Assembly: GCF_044704955.1 (NCBI RefSeq)
Contig: NC_091999.1
Location: forward strand, 11,656,001 to 11,720,000
Source: Pristiophorus japonicus
Taxonomy: Eukaryota
Direction of reading: 5' to 3'
DNA length: 64,000 bases
The notes under the pieces are model-generated. The model did not search any database and was not told where the DNA came from. It saw only the letters and a program-made list of their open reading frames with translations. This document shows, one piece after another, positions 21,430 to 35,234 of this stretch (position 1 is its first letter; every line of letters begins with the position of its first letter). Position numbers and translations under genes: made by a program.

Positions 21430-22280
21430 TCTGCGACCTGAAAATATACAGCAAGCGATCGAGGAAGGCAGTGAAGGATGTAAGGACCCCGCTGTAAGAC
21501 TTAAGATTGCATCTGTAAATATCTGAGACAGGATTCGATGATTTAGAAGAATCTTATTCCTAAAATACAGTTTAGAGATGTGATGAGTGGCAAAGTAGAA
21601 TAGGTCAAGAGGCAAGATTGCCCCAATGGTCTTTGGCACTGTATTTTTTAACAGCTAAATGGACTCTTTCCCAGCTCACATTTCTATCACTTTAGCTACT
21701 ATCAGCGCAAAGCAGATCAACAGTATCAGGACTGCGATGGCAAATAATATAATTCAAGAAAATAGCATGAGGATGTGCCATTGCCTCCAAATTACAAACG
21801 TTTTGCTGCGTGAATAGGCATCAGAAAAGATTGTTCTCTCCATGAAAACGGCCTCCAGGCTCAAGACCAAGACGGGCAACCCCGTTGCGATGGACAGAAC
21901 AACGTAGTATGGAGGCCTTCTCCAGGCATGGAACCTGATAGGCTGGGCAAAGGCGATGAATTGGTCAATAGCAATGCAGGCCATGAAGGCTGGGCTGCTG
22001 CAAAAGTTGATTAGACTCAAGGGAATACAAGCATCACGGAGTGATTCCACTAATATGCATTCTGGGGTATATTGAATAATGCCAGGTGTTGTGGCAAGGA
22101 TTTGATGATGGTAAAGTCAAGCAGGAGGACATCAGTTGCTGATGAGACCTTCTTCGATACTGTGCCACGGTGTAATTGATTTCCCAGTAATACGCAATGC
22201 TGCCACTAAGCTAAGGACACAAGGCAACACGGTCATTTCAATCGGCTTGAACACTTGAACAGAGGCACTGATCAATACAG
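21430..22280 (-). pseudogene. Decayed intronless class A GPCR (GPR65/proton-sensing or P2Y-like group)
   Basis: TM3-ICL2 INFCSSPAFMACIAIDQFIAFAQPIRF; TM2 remnant SATDVLLL..TLP; TM5-7-like hydrophobic pieces in shifting frames. Confidence 0.75.
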
Positions 22281-22567
22281 ATGGCAGCGCACGCTGATAT
22301 TTCGATCTCCTGAACATCGCAGTAATACAATTACAGACTCTGCACCCCACGCCCACCCTACAGTACAGCTGGTGACATTGCAAACTGAGATTCCCAGCTC
22401 CTCGAACCTTACCCTTTATGTTAATGCAGACTCAAGGCCCCAATGTCACTGTTCAGTTGTCAGTACACACTGAGATTTCCATACCCTGATAATGACCGTG
22501 AGCACTTCTCCACGATCTCAACACGAACTGCAATCAGAGATAGGTGTTCATTCAAAGTAATTCACTG

Positions 22568-24600
22568 TACATAGAACATAAAAATCAGGAGCAGGAGTAG
22601 GCCATTCGGCCCCGAGAGACTGCTCTGCCATTCAATACGATCATGGCATATCTTCTACCTCAACTCCACTTTCCTGCACTGTCCTCATATCCCTTCATTG
22701 CCTTAATATTGAAACATCTATCGATCTCTGTCTTGAATATACCCAAAGACTGAGCTTGACAGCTGTCTGGGGTAATGCATTCCAAAGATTCACTACCCAC
22801 TGAGTGAAGAAGTTTCTCCTCATCTAAGTCCTAAATGGCTGGCCCCTTATTCTGAGGCTGTGACCCCTGGTTGTTGTCTCACGAGCCAGAGAAAATATCC
22901 TCCCTGCATCTACCCTCTTATGCCCTGTTTGGATTTTGCATGTTTAAATGAGATCATCTCTCATTCTTCTAAACTCTAGAGAATATAAGCCTAGTCTACT
23001 CAATCTCTCCTCTTAGGGCAATCCCACCATCCCAGGAATCAGTCTGGTGAACCTTAATTGCACTCCCTCTATGGCAGGTATATTCTTCCTTAGGTAAGAG
23101 GCCAAAACTGCACACAATACTCCATGTGTGGTCTCACCAGGGCCCTATATAATTGCAATAAGATGGATTTACTCTTATACTGAAATCCTATTGTAATAAA
23201 GGCCAACATAGTATTTGCTTTCTTAATTGCTTGCTGTAGCTGTATGTTAACTTTCAGTGATTCGTGTAGAAAGACATTCCTCTGAACACCAGCATTTCCT
23301 AATCTCTCTCAATTTAAAAAATACTCTGCTTTTCTATTTTTCCTACCAAAATGCATAACCACATTTCTCCACGTTATATTCCATTAGCCATGTTCTTGCC
23401 CATTCATTTAACCCCTCTATAGCCCCTTGAAGGCTCTTTGCATCCTCCTCACAACATTACCATCAAACTATGTATTATCAGCAAACTTGGATATATTACA
23501 TTTGGGCCTCTCATCCAAACCATGGATATAGATTGTGAATAGCTGAGGCCCAAGCATGGATCCTTGCGGCACCCCATTAGGTACAGCCAGACACCTGAAA
23601 ATGACCCGTTTATTCCTACTCTTTGTTTTCTGTCCGTTAACCTATCCTCAATCCATGCTAGTGTAATACCCTCAATCCCATCTGACCTAACTTTGTTTAA
23701 TAACCTCTTGTGTGGCACATTATCGAATGCAATCTGAAAATCTAAATACACAACATCCACTGGTCCCCCCTCATCTATTCTACTCGTTACAACCTCAAAA
23801 AATTCTAACAGTTTTATCAAACATGATTTCCATTTCATAAATCTGTGTTGACTCTGCCCAATCCTATTATTATTTTCTAAGTGCCCTGTTACTAAGTCCT
23901 TAATAATAGTGTCTAGAATTTTCGCTACAACTGATGGCAGGCTAACTGCCCTTTCAAAATCCTTGGATGTAGGCCATGAGGTCCAGGGGATTTATGGTAT
24001 TTCAGTCCCATTAATTTCTCTAGTACTATGTTTTTTATTGATACTAATTTCTTTCAGTTCCTCATTCACAATCAACCCTTGGCTATCCGCTCTTTCTGGG
24101 AGGTTTTTTGTTTCTGCATCCGTGAAGGCACACACAAAGTATTTGGTTAATTTCCCTGCCATTTCCTTATTCCCCATTATAATTTATCCTGTCTCAGCCG
24201 ATAATGGTCGCTCATTTACTTTCACGCAACCTTTCATTTTTACATACCTATAGAAGCTTATATCATCTCGTTTTATATCTCTCACTAGTTTACTCTCATA
24301 TTCTATTGTTCCGTTCTTTATAAATTTATTGTTCCTCCTTTGCTGAATTCTAAAATCCTCCCAATCCTCAAGCTTACTGCTCTTTTTGGCCACATTATAA
24401 TCCTCTTCCTTTGATATAATTCCATCCATAACTTGCTGTGAGCCATGGTTGGACCACTTTTCCTGTGGGATTTTTGTGCCTTAAAGGAATGTATGTTTGT
24501 TGTAAATTATGTATTCATTCTTTAAATGTTAGCCACTGCTTGTCCACCGTCATAACTTTTAATGGAGTTTCCCAATCTACCTTAACCAACTTACCCCTCA
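22568..24600 (-). mobile_element. CR1 LINE, 5'-truncated, degenerate ORF2
   Basis: ORF fragments VDVVYLDF..VPHKRLL, RKQRVGING. Confidence 0.92.
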
Positions 24601-24679
24601 TACGTGCTTCTCTACAGTTTCTTTTGTTGCTTTTTGTGATTCAAAACGACATTTGCTTATCTAACTATCTGTTTATGGT

Positions 24680-27600
24680 ATAGAAACATAGCAACATAGA
24701 AAAAATGTGCAGGAGAAGGCCATTCGGCCCTTCGAGCCTGCACCACTATTCAAAATGATCATGGCTGATCATTCACCTCAGTACCCCTTTTCTGCTTTCT
24801 CTCTATACCCCTCGATCCCTTCAGCCGTAAGGGCATTATCTAACTCCCTCTTGAATTTATCCAATGAACTGGCATCCACAACTCTCTGCGGCAGGGAATT
24901 CCACAGGATAACAACTCTCTGAGTGAAGACGTTTCTCCTCATCTCAGTCCTAAATAGCTTACCACTTATCCTTAGACTGTGTCCCCTGATACTGGACTTC
25001 CCCAACATCGGGAATATTCTTCCAGCATTTAACCTGTCCAGTCCCATCAGAATTGTATATGTTTCTATAAGATCCCCTCTCATCTTTCTAAACTCGAGTG
25101 AATACAGGCCCAGTCGATCCAGTCTCTCCTCCTCTGTCAGTCCCGGGAATCATTCGGGTGAACATTCGCTGCACTCCCTCAATAGCAGGAACGTTCTTCC
25201 TCAGGTTAGGAGACCAAAACTGAACACAATATTCCAGATGAGGCCTCACCAAGTCCCTGTACAACTGTAGTGTGAACTCGCTCCTCCTATACTAAAATGC
25301 CCTAGCTATGAAGGCCAACATACCATTTGCCTTCTTCATCGCAAGCTGTAGCTGCATGCCAACTTTCAATGACTGATGTACCATGACACCCAGGTCTCCT
25401 TGCACCTCCCCTATTCCTAATCTGCCGCCATTCAGATAATATTCTGCCTTCGTGTTTTTGCCACCAAAGTGGATAGCCTCACATTTATCCACATTATCCT
25501 GCATCTGCCATGCATTTGCCCACTCACCTAACCTGTCCAGATCACCCTGCAGCCGATTAGCATCCTCCTCACAGCTCACACCGCCACCCAACTTAGTGCC
25601 ATCTTCAAACTTGGAGATATTACACTCAATTCCTTCATTTAAATCATTGATGTATATTGCAAATAGATTGGGTCCCAGCACTGAGCCCAGCGGCACTCCA
25701 CTCATCACTGCCTGCCATTCTGAATAGGACCCGGTTATCCCGACTCTCTGCTTCCTGTCTGCCAACCAGTTCTCTATCCACGTCAGTACATTACTCCCAA
25801 TACCATGTGATTTAATTTTGCACACCAATCTCTTGTGTGGGACCTTGTCAAAAGCCTTTAGAAATTCCAAATACACCACATCCACTGGTTCTCCCTTGTC
25901 CACTCTACTAGTTACATCCTCAAACATTTCTAGAAGTTTTGTCAAGGATGTTTTCCCTTTCACAAATCCATGCAGACTTGGACCAATCCTGTCACTGCTT
26001 TCCAAATGCGCTGCTATTTCATCTTCAATAATTGATTCCAACATATTCCCCACTGCTAATGTCACGCTAACTGGTCTATAATTACGCGTTTTCTCTCTCC
26101 CTACTTTTATGAAAAGTGGATTTACATTAGCTATTCTCCAGTCCATAGGAACAGATCCAGAGTTGAAAAACTTGAAAAATGATCATCAATGCATCCACTA
26201 ATTCTAGGGCCACTTCCTTAAGTACTCTGTGACGCAGACTCTCAGGCCCCGAGGATTTATCGGCCTTCAAACCCATCAATTTCTCTAAGCAGAATTTGGC
26301 GCCTAATAAGGATTTCCTTCAGTTCCTCCTTCTCACTAGACCCTCGGTCCCTTAGTATTTCCAGAAGGTTATTTGTGTCTTCCTTCGTGAAGACAGAACG
26401 AAAGTATTTGTCCAACTGGTCTCCCATTTCTTTGTTCCCCATCATACATTCACCTGAATCTGACTGCAAAGGACCTACGTTTATCTTGACTAATCTTTTT
26501 CTCTTCACATATCTATAGAAGCTTTTGCAGCCAGTTTTATGTTCCCAACAAGCTTCTTCTCATACTGTATTTTCCCCTTCCTCGTTAAACCCTTTGTCCT
26601 TCTCTGCTGAATTCTAAATTTCTCCCTGTCCTCAGATTTGCTGCTTTTTCTGGTCAATTTATATGCCCCTTGCTTGGATTTAACACTGTCCTTTATTTCC
26701 CTTGTTAGCCACGGTTAAGCCAACTTCCCTCTTTTATTTTTACTCCAGACAGGGATATAGAATTGTTGAAGTTCATTCATGTGATCTTTAAGTGTTTGCC
26801 ATTCCCTATGCACTGTCAACCCTTTAAGTATCACTCGCCAGTCTATTCTCACCAATTCATGATTCATGCCATCAAAGTTACCTTTCCTTAAGTTCAGGAC
26901 CTTGTTCACTGAATTAACTGTGTCACTCTCCATCTTAAGATAGAATTCTACAATATTATGGTCACTCCTCCGAAAGGGGCCTCGCACAAATAGTTTGCTT
27001 ATTAGTCCCTTCTCATTAAACATCACCCAGTCTAGGATGCCCAGCCCTCTAGTTAGTAATTTCTTCTTTAACCAGCAACGCCACCCCACCTCCTTTTCCT
27101 TTCTGTCTATCCTTTAGAATTTTGCTGTAATTGGTCCTTTTTGGTTCCGGTCTTGCCCAGGTGCAGACCGTCCGGCCTGCACTGGTCCCATCACCCCCTG
27201 ATCCGTTTCCAATGTCCCAGGAATTTGAATCCCTCCCTTGGCTGTTTACCTTCCCCTTCAAAATGTCCTGCACCCGTTCCGAGACATCCTTGACCCTTTC
27301 TCTGCATTCCACTTTTACTTTTCTTCTTTCCATCTTTTGCTTCTGCCACCATTTAGTTCCCTCTGTCTCCCTGCATAGGTTCCCATCCCCCTGCCAGATT
27401 AGTTTAACTCCTCCCCAACAGCACGAGCAAACACTCCCCCTAGGACCTTGGTTCTGGTCCTGCCCAGGTGCAGACCGTCTGGTTTGTACTGATCCCACCT
27501 CCCACAGATCCATTTCCAATGTCCCAGGAATTTGAATCCCTCCCTTCTGCACCACTCCTCCAGCCACGTATTCATCTGAGCTATCCTGTGATTCCTACTC

Positions 27601-28700
27601 TGACTAGCAGGTGGCATTTGTAGCAATCCTGAGATTACTACTTTTGAGGGCCTACTTTATAATTTAGCTCCGAGCTCCCTAAATTCGTCTTGCTGGAACA
27701 CATCCCATTTTTTACCTACATCGTTGGTACCTATATGCACCATGACAACTGGCTGTTTACTCTCTCCCTTCAAAATGTCTTGCACCCGTTCTGAGACATC
27801 CTTGTCCCTTGCACCAGGGAGGCAACATACCAGACTGGAGTCTTGGTTGCGGTCGCAGACACGGCTTTCTATTCCCTTTACAATAGAATCCCCTATCACT
27901 AAAGCTCTCCCACACTTTTTCGTGCCCTCCTATGCAGCAGAGCCACCCACGGGTGCCATGGACTTGGCTGCTGCTGCCCTCCCCGGATGAGTCATCCCCC
28001 TCAATAGTACCCAAAGAGTTGTATCTGTTTTGCAGGGGATTACCTCAGGGGACCGCTGCACTACCTTCCTTTCACTGCTCTTCCTGTTGGTCTCCCATCG
28101 CCGATCTGGCTGTGTAACCTTTACCTGCAGTAAGACCAATTCACTAAATGTGCTATTCACGTCGTCCTCAGCATCGTGGATGCTCCAGAGTGAATCCACC
28201 CGCAGCCCCAGTGCCGCAATGCGGTCTGTCAGGTGCTGCAGGCGGATGCACTTCCCGCACATGTAGTCATCAAGGACACTGGAAATGTCCCTGACTTCCC
28301 ACATAGCGCAGGAGGAGCATAACACGTGGCCGAGCTCTCTTGTCATGAATTAACCCTTAGATTAACTTAATTTGGCAACAACAATGCTAAAAGGGTTACT
28401 TACTGATAAAGAAAATAAAAGAATAACTACTCGTCAATCACCAGCCAATCACTTACCCCCTTGGCTGTGACGTCACCTTTCCATTTCTTTATACTTCTTT
28501 TTTTCCTTCTCACCCTGCTGCAGCTGCACCAGCTGGCCTCCTGCGACATCCCGCTCGAACTCATCGAGTGATGGGCCTTTTGTAGGTCTCCTCCGACACC
28601 TGCTCTGCCTCCTCCTCGACGACGATGAACTCCCGCCGACTGATGGGCCTTTTGTTTGCCTTCCCGTACACCCACTCCACCTCCTCCTCGCCGACGAGAG
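24680..28700 (-). mobile_element. Near full-length CR1 LINE with internal rearrangement
   Basis: ORF1 zinc finger (CSSC..CGKC) and SGNH-esterase motifs (IGDSIV, HIGTND, DGLHL); ORF2 RT (GVPLGSVLGP, KFEDGTK); GC-rich ~74-bp tandem repeat in the putative 5'UTR at 28550-28700. Confidence 0.93.
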
Positions 28701-29431
28701 ACTCCCAATGGAACAGAACTGGAAACTGTGAGAAAGAGACGGACAGGGAAACAGGGACAGTCAGCGAGATAGAGACAAAGAGAGACAGAAAGTTTGCGAC
28801 TGAGAGGGAGGATCAGACTGAGTGAGACAAAGACTAAAACACATACATACACAGAGATGTGTTTGCGTGCTCCATAAAGAAAGGGAGGCAAATAGTGATG
28901 GAATGACAGAGAAAAAGACAGGGACAAAGAGAGTGTCAAAGATGGAGACGGATAGAGAGAAGACAGATAGAGATAGAGATAGAGTCAAAAACAAAAAATG
29001 ATTGAAATACTCATCAGGTTAGAAACAGGGACTAACAGAGACAGGCAAAGACATGGACAGACAGAGATGATGGAAACGAGAGAGACAGTCAGATAGAGAG
29101 ACTGAGAGAAGCCCATTGGAACTGAACTGGGCACCGTGAGAAAGAGATAGATTGAGAGACAGAGACGAACAGAGAAATAGGGACAGAGAGATAGAGAGAC
29201 AGAGACAAAGAGAGACAGGGAGAGTGAGGCAGAGAGTTGCAGACTGAGACAAAGACTCAAACAAATACATATACCTCGAAAGAGAGAGACGCAGAGACTG
29301 AGTGACACAGACACATTGTACAATGTCATCTCATGATCGGTTAAGAGTGTCACTGAAAAATGCAGATTGAACAGATAACAATCGGATATTACTGAACAGG
29401 ATGGGAGGAAATCAGTATTAAATTAAAGAGT

Positions 29432-29514
29432 TACCAAGCGTGGGGGTTGAACCTACTCAGGTATGCACCCTTTAGATTTTAAATCCAACGCCTTAACCAC
29501 TCGGTCATCTTGGT
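29432..29514 (-). pseudogene. tRNA-Leu(TAA) pseudogene
   Basis: Reverse complement ACCAAGATGACCGAGTGGTTAAGGCGTTGGATTTAAAA..; many substitutions. Confidence 0.85.
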
Positions 29515-29829
29515 CCTGTCAGTGTTCTGGTTCTGTTTCTGTGAGAATCTGGGCTTCAACTCCATCCCCACAGTCACACATATGCACACAGATTTTCAGT
29601 GAGCATTTTCATTAAAATATTGACATGGGGGCAACTCCCTGTTGCTTTTCGAATAATGCTGTGGGAACTTCCACATCCACCCGAAGGTGCAGATGGAGCT
29701 TCAATTTAACATTTTATCCGAAAGTCAACAGCTTCAACAATGCTAAATTCCCCAAGTACTGCACATGAGTGTCAGCCAAGATTACATGCACAAGTCTCAG
29801 GAGTGGGACTTCAACACACAAACTCCAGA

Positions 29830-29911
29830 TTCAGTTGGCAAGATTCGAACCTGCACACGAAAACCCCAATGAATTTCTAGTCCATCGCCTTAACCACTCG
29901 ACCACGAGTAC
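29830..29911 (-). pseudogene. tRNA-Ser(AGA) pseudogene
   Basis: Reverse complement GTACTCGTGGTCGAGTGGTTAAGGCGATGGACTAGAAAT..CAGGTTCGAATC. Confidence 0.85.
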
Positions 29912-30129
29912 TAGGCATTTTCCATTTTAAATGTTACTCAGATAAAACGCAATCATCCAACTCTCTGTGGCAATAGCTGACAGTGTCCGAAAAAGTCTCC
30001 GTTTGCTGAAAATCTGGAAGATACAATCTTCTCTTACTGTATTTTTACTCTTCGATATTGCTCTGGAAGGTTTTAATATGAATCTACACCAAGAAACAAA
30101 AGTGAAATTGCGCGTTTTTGAAATGCTTC

Positions 30130-30203
30130 CTCCACGTCGGGGAAGTGAACCCCGGTCTCCCCCGCGTGACAGGCGGGGATAGTCGCCACTACACTAACGA
30201 ACA
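30130..30203 (-). pseudogene. tRNA-Asp(GTC) pseudogene
   Basis: Reverse complement ..TCGTTAGTGTAGTGG..CCCGCCTGTCACGCGGG..CCCCGACG. Confidence 0.85.
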
Positions 30204-30764
30204 GCAGTGCTGTTACAGTAGAAATCGAGCGCTGAACAGAACTGGACACGGTGAGAAAGAGAAAGACAAATTGCGAGAGAGAGACAAACGGACAAACAGG
30301 AAGAGACAGACAGAAAGATCGAGACAAAGAGCGAGAGATAGCGTGAGACTCAGAAGGAGAGACAGACTGAGTGAGAAAAAAACTCCAACACACACATACA
30401 CAGAGATGTGTATGAGTGTTCTATAAAGAGAGAGAGGCAAAGAGTGATAGAAAGACAGAGATGAAGACGAGACACAGACAGGGACAAAGAGAGAGACAGA
30501 GATAGACAGATAGAGAGAGAGAGAGATAGATAGAAAGACAGACAGATAGAAAGACAGAGATAAGTCAGAAAATGATGGAAATACTCAGCAGGTTAGAGCC
30601 AGGGACTAACAGAGACAGGCAAAGAGAGACAGAAAGGCAGAGACATAGACAGACAGAGATGATGGGAAAGAGAGAGGCAAATAGACAGGGAGACTGAGAG
30701 AATCCCATTGGAGCAGAACTTGACACCAAGAGATAGATTGAGAGACAGGGACTAACAGAGAAAC

Positions 30765-33700
30765 ATATAAACATAGCCCATTGGTGAAGGAGTCGGTCAT
30801 GCAGCCCTTCGAGTCTGCACCACCATTCAATAAGATCAAGGCTGATCATTCGTCTCAGTACCCCTTTCCTGCTTGCTCTCCATACCCCTTGATCCCTTTA
30901 GCCGTAAGGGCCATATCTAACTCTCTATTGAATATAGCCAATGAAATGGCATCAACAACTCTCTGCATCAGGGAATTCCAAAGGTTAACAACACTCTGAG
31001 TGAAGAAGTTTCTCCTCTTCTCAGTCCTAAATGGCTTACCCCTTATTCTTAGACTGTGTCCCCTGGTTCTGGACTTCCCCAACATCGGGAACACCCTTGC
31101 TGCATCAAACCTGTCAAGTCCCGTCAGAATGTTTTATGCTTCCATGAGATACCATCTCATCCTTCTAAACTGCAATGAATACAGGCCCAGTCGATCCAGT
31201 CTCTCCTCATATGTCAGTCCTGCCATCGCGGGAATCAGTCTGGTGAACCTTCGCTGCACTCCCTCAATAGCAAGAACGTCATTTCTCAGATTAGGAGACC
31301 AAAACTGAACACAAAATCCCAAGTGAGGCCTCAACGAGGACTTGTACAACTGCAGTAAGACCTCCCTGCTCCTATACTCAAATCCCCTAGCTATGAAGGC
31401 CAACATACCATTTGCCTTCTTCACCGCCTGCTGTACCTGCATGCCAACTTTCAATGACTGATGTACCATGACACCCAGGTCTCGCTGCACCTCCCCTTTT
31501 ACTAATCTACCGCCATTCAGATAATATTCTGCCTTTGTGTTTTTGCCAAAAATGTGGATAAATTATCATTTATCCACATTATACTGCATCTGCCATGCAT
31601 TTGCCCGCTCACCTAACCTGTCCAAGTCACCCTGCATCCGCTTAGCGTCCTCCTCACAGCTCACGCCGCCACCTAGTTTAGCGTCATCTGCAAATTTGGA
31701 GATATTACACACAATTCCTTCATCTAAATCGTTAATGTATATTGTAAAGAGCCGGGGTCCCAGCACTGAGCCCTGCAGCACTCCACTAGTCACTGCCTGC
31801 CATTCTGAAAAGGACCGGTTTATCCCGAAACTCTGCTACCTGTCTGCCAAACAATTCTGTATCCACGTCAGTACATTACCACCAATACCATGTGCTTTAA
31901 TTTTGCACACCAATACTTGTGTGGGACCTTGTCGAAAGCCTTTTGAAATTCCAAATACACCACCTCCACTGGTTCTCCCTAGTCCACTCAACTAGTTACA
32001 TCCTCAATAAATTCCAGAAGATTTGCTAAGCACAATTTCCCTTTCATAAATCCATGCGGACTTGGACCGATCCCGTCACTGCTTTCCAAATGTGCTGCTA
32101 TTTCATCTTTAATAATTGATTCCAACATTTTCCCCACTACTGATGTCAGCCTAACCCGTTTACTCTCTCCCTCCTTTTTTAAATTGTGGTGTTACATTAG
32201 CTACCCTCCAGTCCATACGAACTGATCCAGAGTCGATGGACTGTGGGAAAATGATCACCAATGCATCTGCTATTTCTAGGGCCACTTCCTTAAGTACTCT
32301 CCAATGCAGACTATCAGGCCCCGGGAATTTATCCGCCTTCAATCCCATCAATTTCCCGAACACAATTTCCCACCACAGAGGATTTCCTTCAGTTCCTCAG
32401 TGTCACTAGACCCTCTGTCCCCTAGTATTTCCATAAAGTTATGCGTGTCTTCCTTCGTGAAGACAGAACCAAAGTATTTGTTCAACTGCTCTACCATTTC
32501 TTTGTTCCGCATTATAAATTGACCTGAATCTGACTGCAAGGGACCTACGTTTGTCTTCACTAATCTTTTTCTCTTCACATGGCTATAGAACTTTTTCAGC
32601 AAGCTTCCCAGCAAGCTTCCTCTCATAATCTATTTTCCCCCTCTTAATTAAACCTTTTGTCCTCCTCTGCTAAATTTTAAATTTCTCCCAGTCCTCAGGT
32701 TGCTGCTTTTTCTGGCCAATTTATATGCCTCTTCCTTGGATTTAACACTATCCTTAATTTCTCTTGTTAGCCACGGTTGTGCCACCTTCCCCGTTTTATT
32801 TTTACTCCAGACAGGGATGTACAATTGTTGAAGATCATCCATGTGATTTTTAAATGTTTTCCATTGCCTATCTGCCGTCAACCCTTTAAGTATCATTTGC
32901 CAGTCTATTCTAGCCAATTCACGTCTCATACCATCGAAGTTATCTTTCCTTAAGTTCAGTATACTAGTCTCAGAATTAACTGTGTCACTCTCCACCTTAA
33001 TAAAGAATTCTACCTAATTATGGTCACTCTTCCCCAAGGGGCCTCGCACAACAAGATTGCTAATTAGTCCTTTCTCATTACACATCACCCCGTCTAGGAT
33101 GGCCAGCCCTCTAGATGGTTCGTCGACATATTGGTCGACAAAACCATCCCGAATACGCTCCAGGAAATCCTCCTCCACTGTTGCTACCAATTTAGTTAGC
33201 CCAATCTACATGTAATTTAAAGTTGCCCTTGATAACTGCTGACCTTTATGGTACGCATCCGTAATTTCTTGTTTGATGCTGTCCCCAATCTCACTACTAC
33301 TGTTTGGTGATCTGTACACAACTCCTCTAGCGTTGTCTTCCCTTTGGTATTCCGCAGCTCCACCCATACATGTTCCACATCATCCAAGCTAATGTCGTTC
33401 CTTACTATTGCGTTAAGTTCCTCTTTAACCAGCAACTCTATCCCACCTCCTTTTCATTTAAGTCTATCCTTCCTGAATGTTGAATGCCCCTGGATGTTGA
33501 GTTCCCAGCATTGGTCACCGTGGAACCATGTCTCCGTAATGCCAATTATATCATATTCATGAATTGCTGCCTGTGCAATTAATTTGTCCACCTTATTACG
33601 AATACTCATCGCACTGAAGCACAGAGCCTTCAGGCTTGTTAATTTAACACATTTGTCCCTTTGGAATTTGGCTGTAATGTGGCCCTTTTTGATTTTTGCC

Positions 33701-34110
33701 TTTGGTTTCTCTGCCCTCCACCTTTTCTTTTCTTCTTTCTATCTTTTGCTTCTGCTCCCATTCTACTTCCCTCTGTCTCCCTGCATAGGTTCCCATCCCC
33801 CTGCCATGTTAGTTTCACCCCTCCCTAACAGCACTAGCAAACACTCCCCCGTGGACATTGGTTCTGGTCCTGTCCAGGTTCAGACCGTCCGGTTTGTACT
33901 GGTCCCACCTCTCCCAGAACCGGTTCCAATGTCCCAGGAATTTGAATCCCTCCCTTCTACACCACACTTCAAGCCACGTAATCATCTGAGCTATCCTGCG
34001 ATTCCTGTTCTGACGAGCAGGTGGCACTGGTAGCCATTCTGAAATTACTACCTTTGAGGTCCTACTTTTTAATTTAATACCTGGCTCCCTGAATTCAGCT
34101 TGTCGGCTCT
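30765..34110 (-). mobile_element. CR1 LINE inserted in the tRNA-array spacer
   Basis: ORF2 RT (QGSVLGP, KFADD) and the ORF1 C-terminus (KPDGL). Confidence 0.93.
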
Positions 34111-34326
34111 CAGACAGAGTGAGTTAGACTGGAAGACAGAGACTCAAACACATAAAGGTATACAGAGCTCTCGAAAGACAGAGAGTGAGAGGCACAGATA
34201 CATTTCACAATCCCATTTCTTTGTCGGTTGAAAGTGTTACAAAGTTACAGACAAATGCAGATTCAACAGAAGACATTCGGGTATCACTGAGCATGATGAG
34301 AGAAAATCGCTGTGAAATTAAAGAGT

Positions 34327-34409
34327 TACTAGGAGTGGGGTTTGAAACCACGTGCCTGTAAACTTAATCGATTTTAAGTTCAACGCCTTAACCACTCGGC
34401 CATTCTAGT
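34327..34409 (-). pseudogene. tRNA-Leu(TAA) pseudogene
   Basis: Homologous to 29432-29514 with the same flanks. Confidence 0.8.
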
Positions 34410-34502
34410 CTTGTGAGCATTCGGACTCTGTTTCTGTGAGAATCTGGGCTTCAGCTCCACTCACGACACAGATTTTGAGTGTGCATTTTCGAATATTTTC
34501 GC

Positions 34503-34745
34503 AATATTGACACGGGGGCAACTCCCCTTTTCTTTTTTGAATAATGCTGTGGGAACTTTCACAGCCACCCAAGGTGCAGTCGGAGCTTCAATTTAACATT
34601 TCATCCGAAAGTCAACAACTTCACCAATGCAAAATTCCCCAAGTACTGCACTTGAGTGTCAGCCAAAATTATATGCTCAAGTCTCAGGAGTGGGACTTGA
34701 ACACACAAGCTCCTGATTCATTCGAGAATGCTGTCACTGAACCAA
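34503..34745 (-). mobile_element. SacSINE1-like SINE 5' half embedded in the tRNA unit (also ~29620, 47880, 51382, 53300, 55197)
   Basis: tRNA-derived head GGTTCAGTG..GTTCAAGTCCCACTCC..GACTTGAGCA followed by Deu-domain-like sequence. Confidence 0.75.
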
Positions 34746-35153
34746 AGCCGATACCAAAGTTCACAACCGTATTATTTTCCCCAAGTCTTTTTAAAAAGTT
34801 CCAGGTCATACCAAATTCATGGTGATGATTTCCACAGACAGATGCACATACACAGAGACATATATACAGATAGTCAGACACAGAAACACACACACACACA
34901 TAACCAAAAATATACACCCACCGACGGACATACACAGAGTGTCTTCGAAATATAGAGGGATAGACAGGCAGAATCACTTTCGCTAATTTGGCTGATATTT
35001 GCGTTTTTCTATTCGTATGTATCGTCAGTATTGCCGATTAATGAAAATGAGAAATAATTGACAGTGGTGAAAGATGTGGGACGTTATTCCACCAATCTCA
35101 TGATCGCTTTTGCTTTGACCTGGTTAAATTGTGAAATGGAAAGGGCTGAGAAC

Positions 35154-35234
35154 TGTAGTCAGCAGGATGGAACCAGCGCGGGGAAACTCCAATGGAGTTG
35201 CGGTCCATCATCGTACCCGCTGAGCTATGCCGAC
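35154..35234 (-). pseudogene. tRNA-Ser pseudogene (degenerate)
   Basis: Positional and sequence homology with the other Ser copies. Confidence 0.7.

Noticed and set aside
28427-30849. Ser/Leu/Cys-rich and Arg/Glu-rich ORFs (also 49.5-56.9 kb and 3.9-4.6 kb)
   Set aside because: Translations of GA/CT or GT microsatellite-like sequence
34544-34825. Recurrent ORF (ELQFNISS..KIPQVL..) in several units as a repeated gene
   Set aside because: Antisense translation of the embedded SINE; starts and lengths vary between copies
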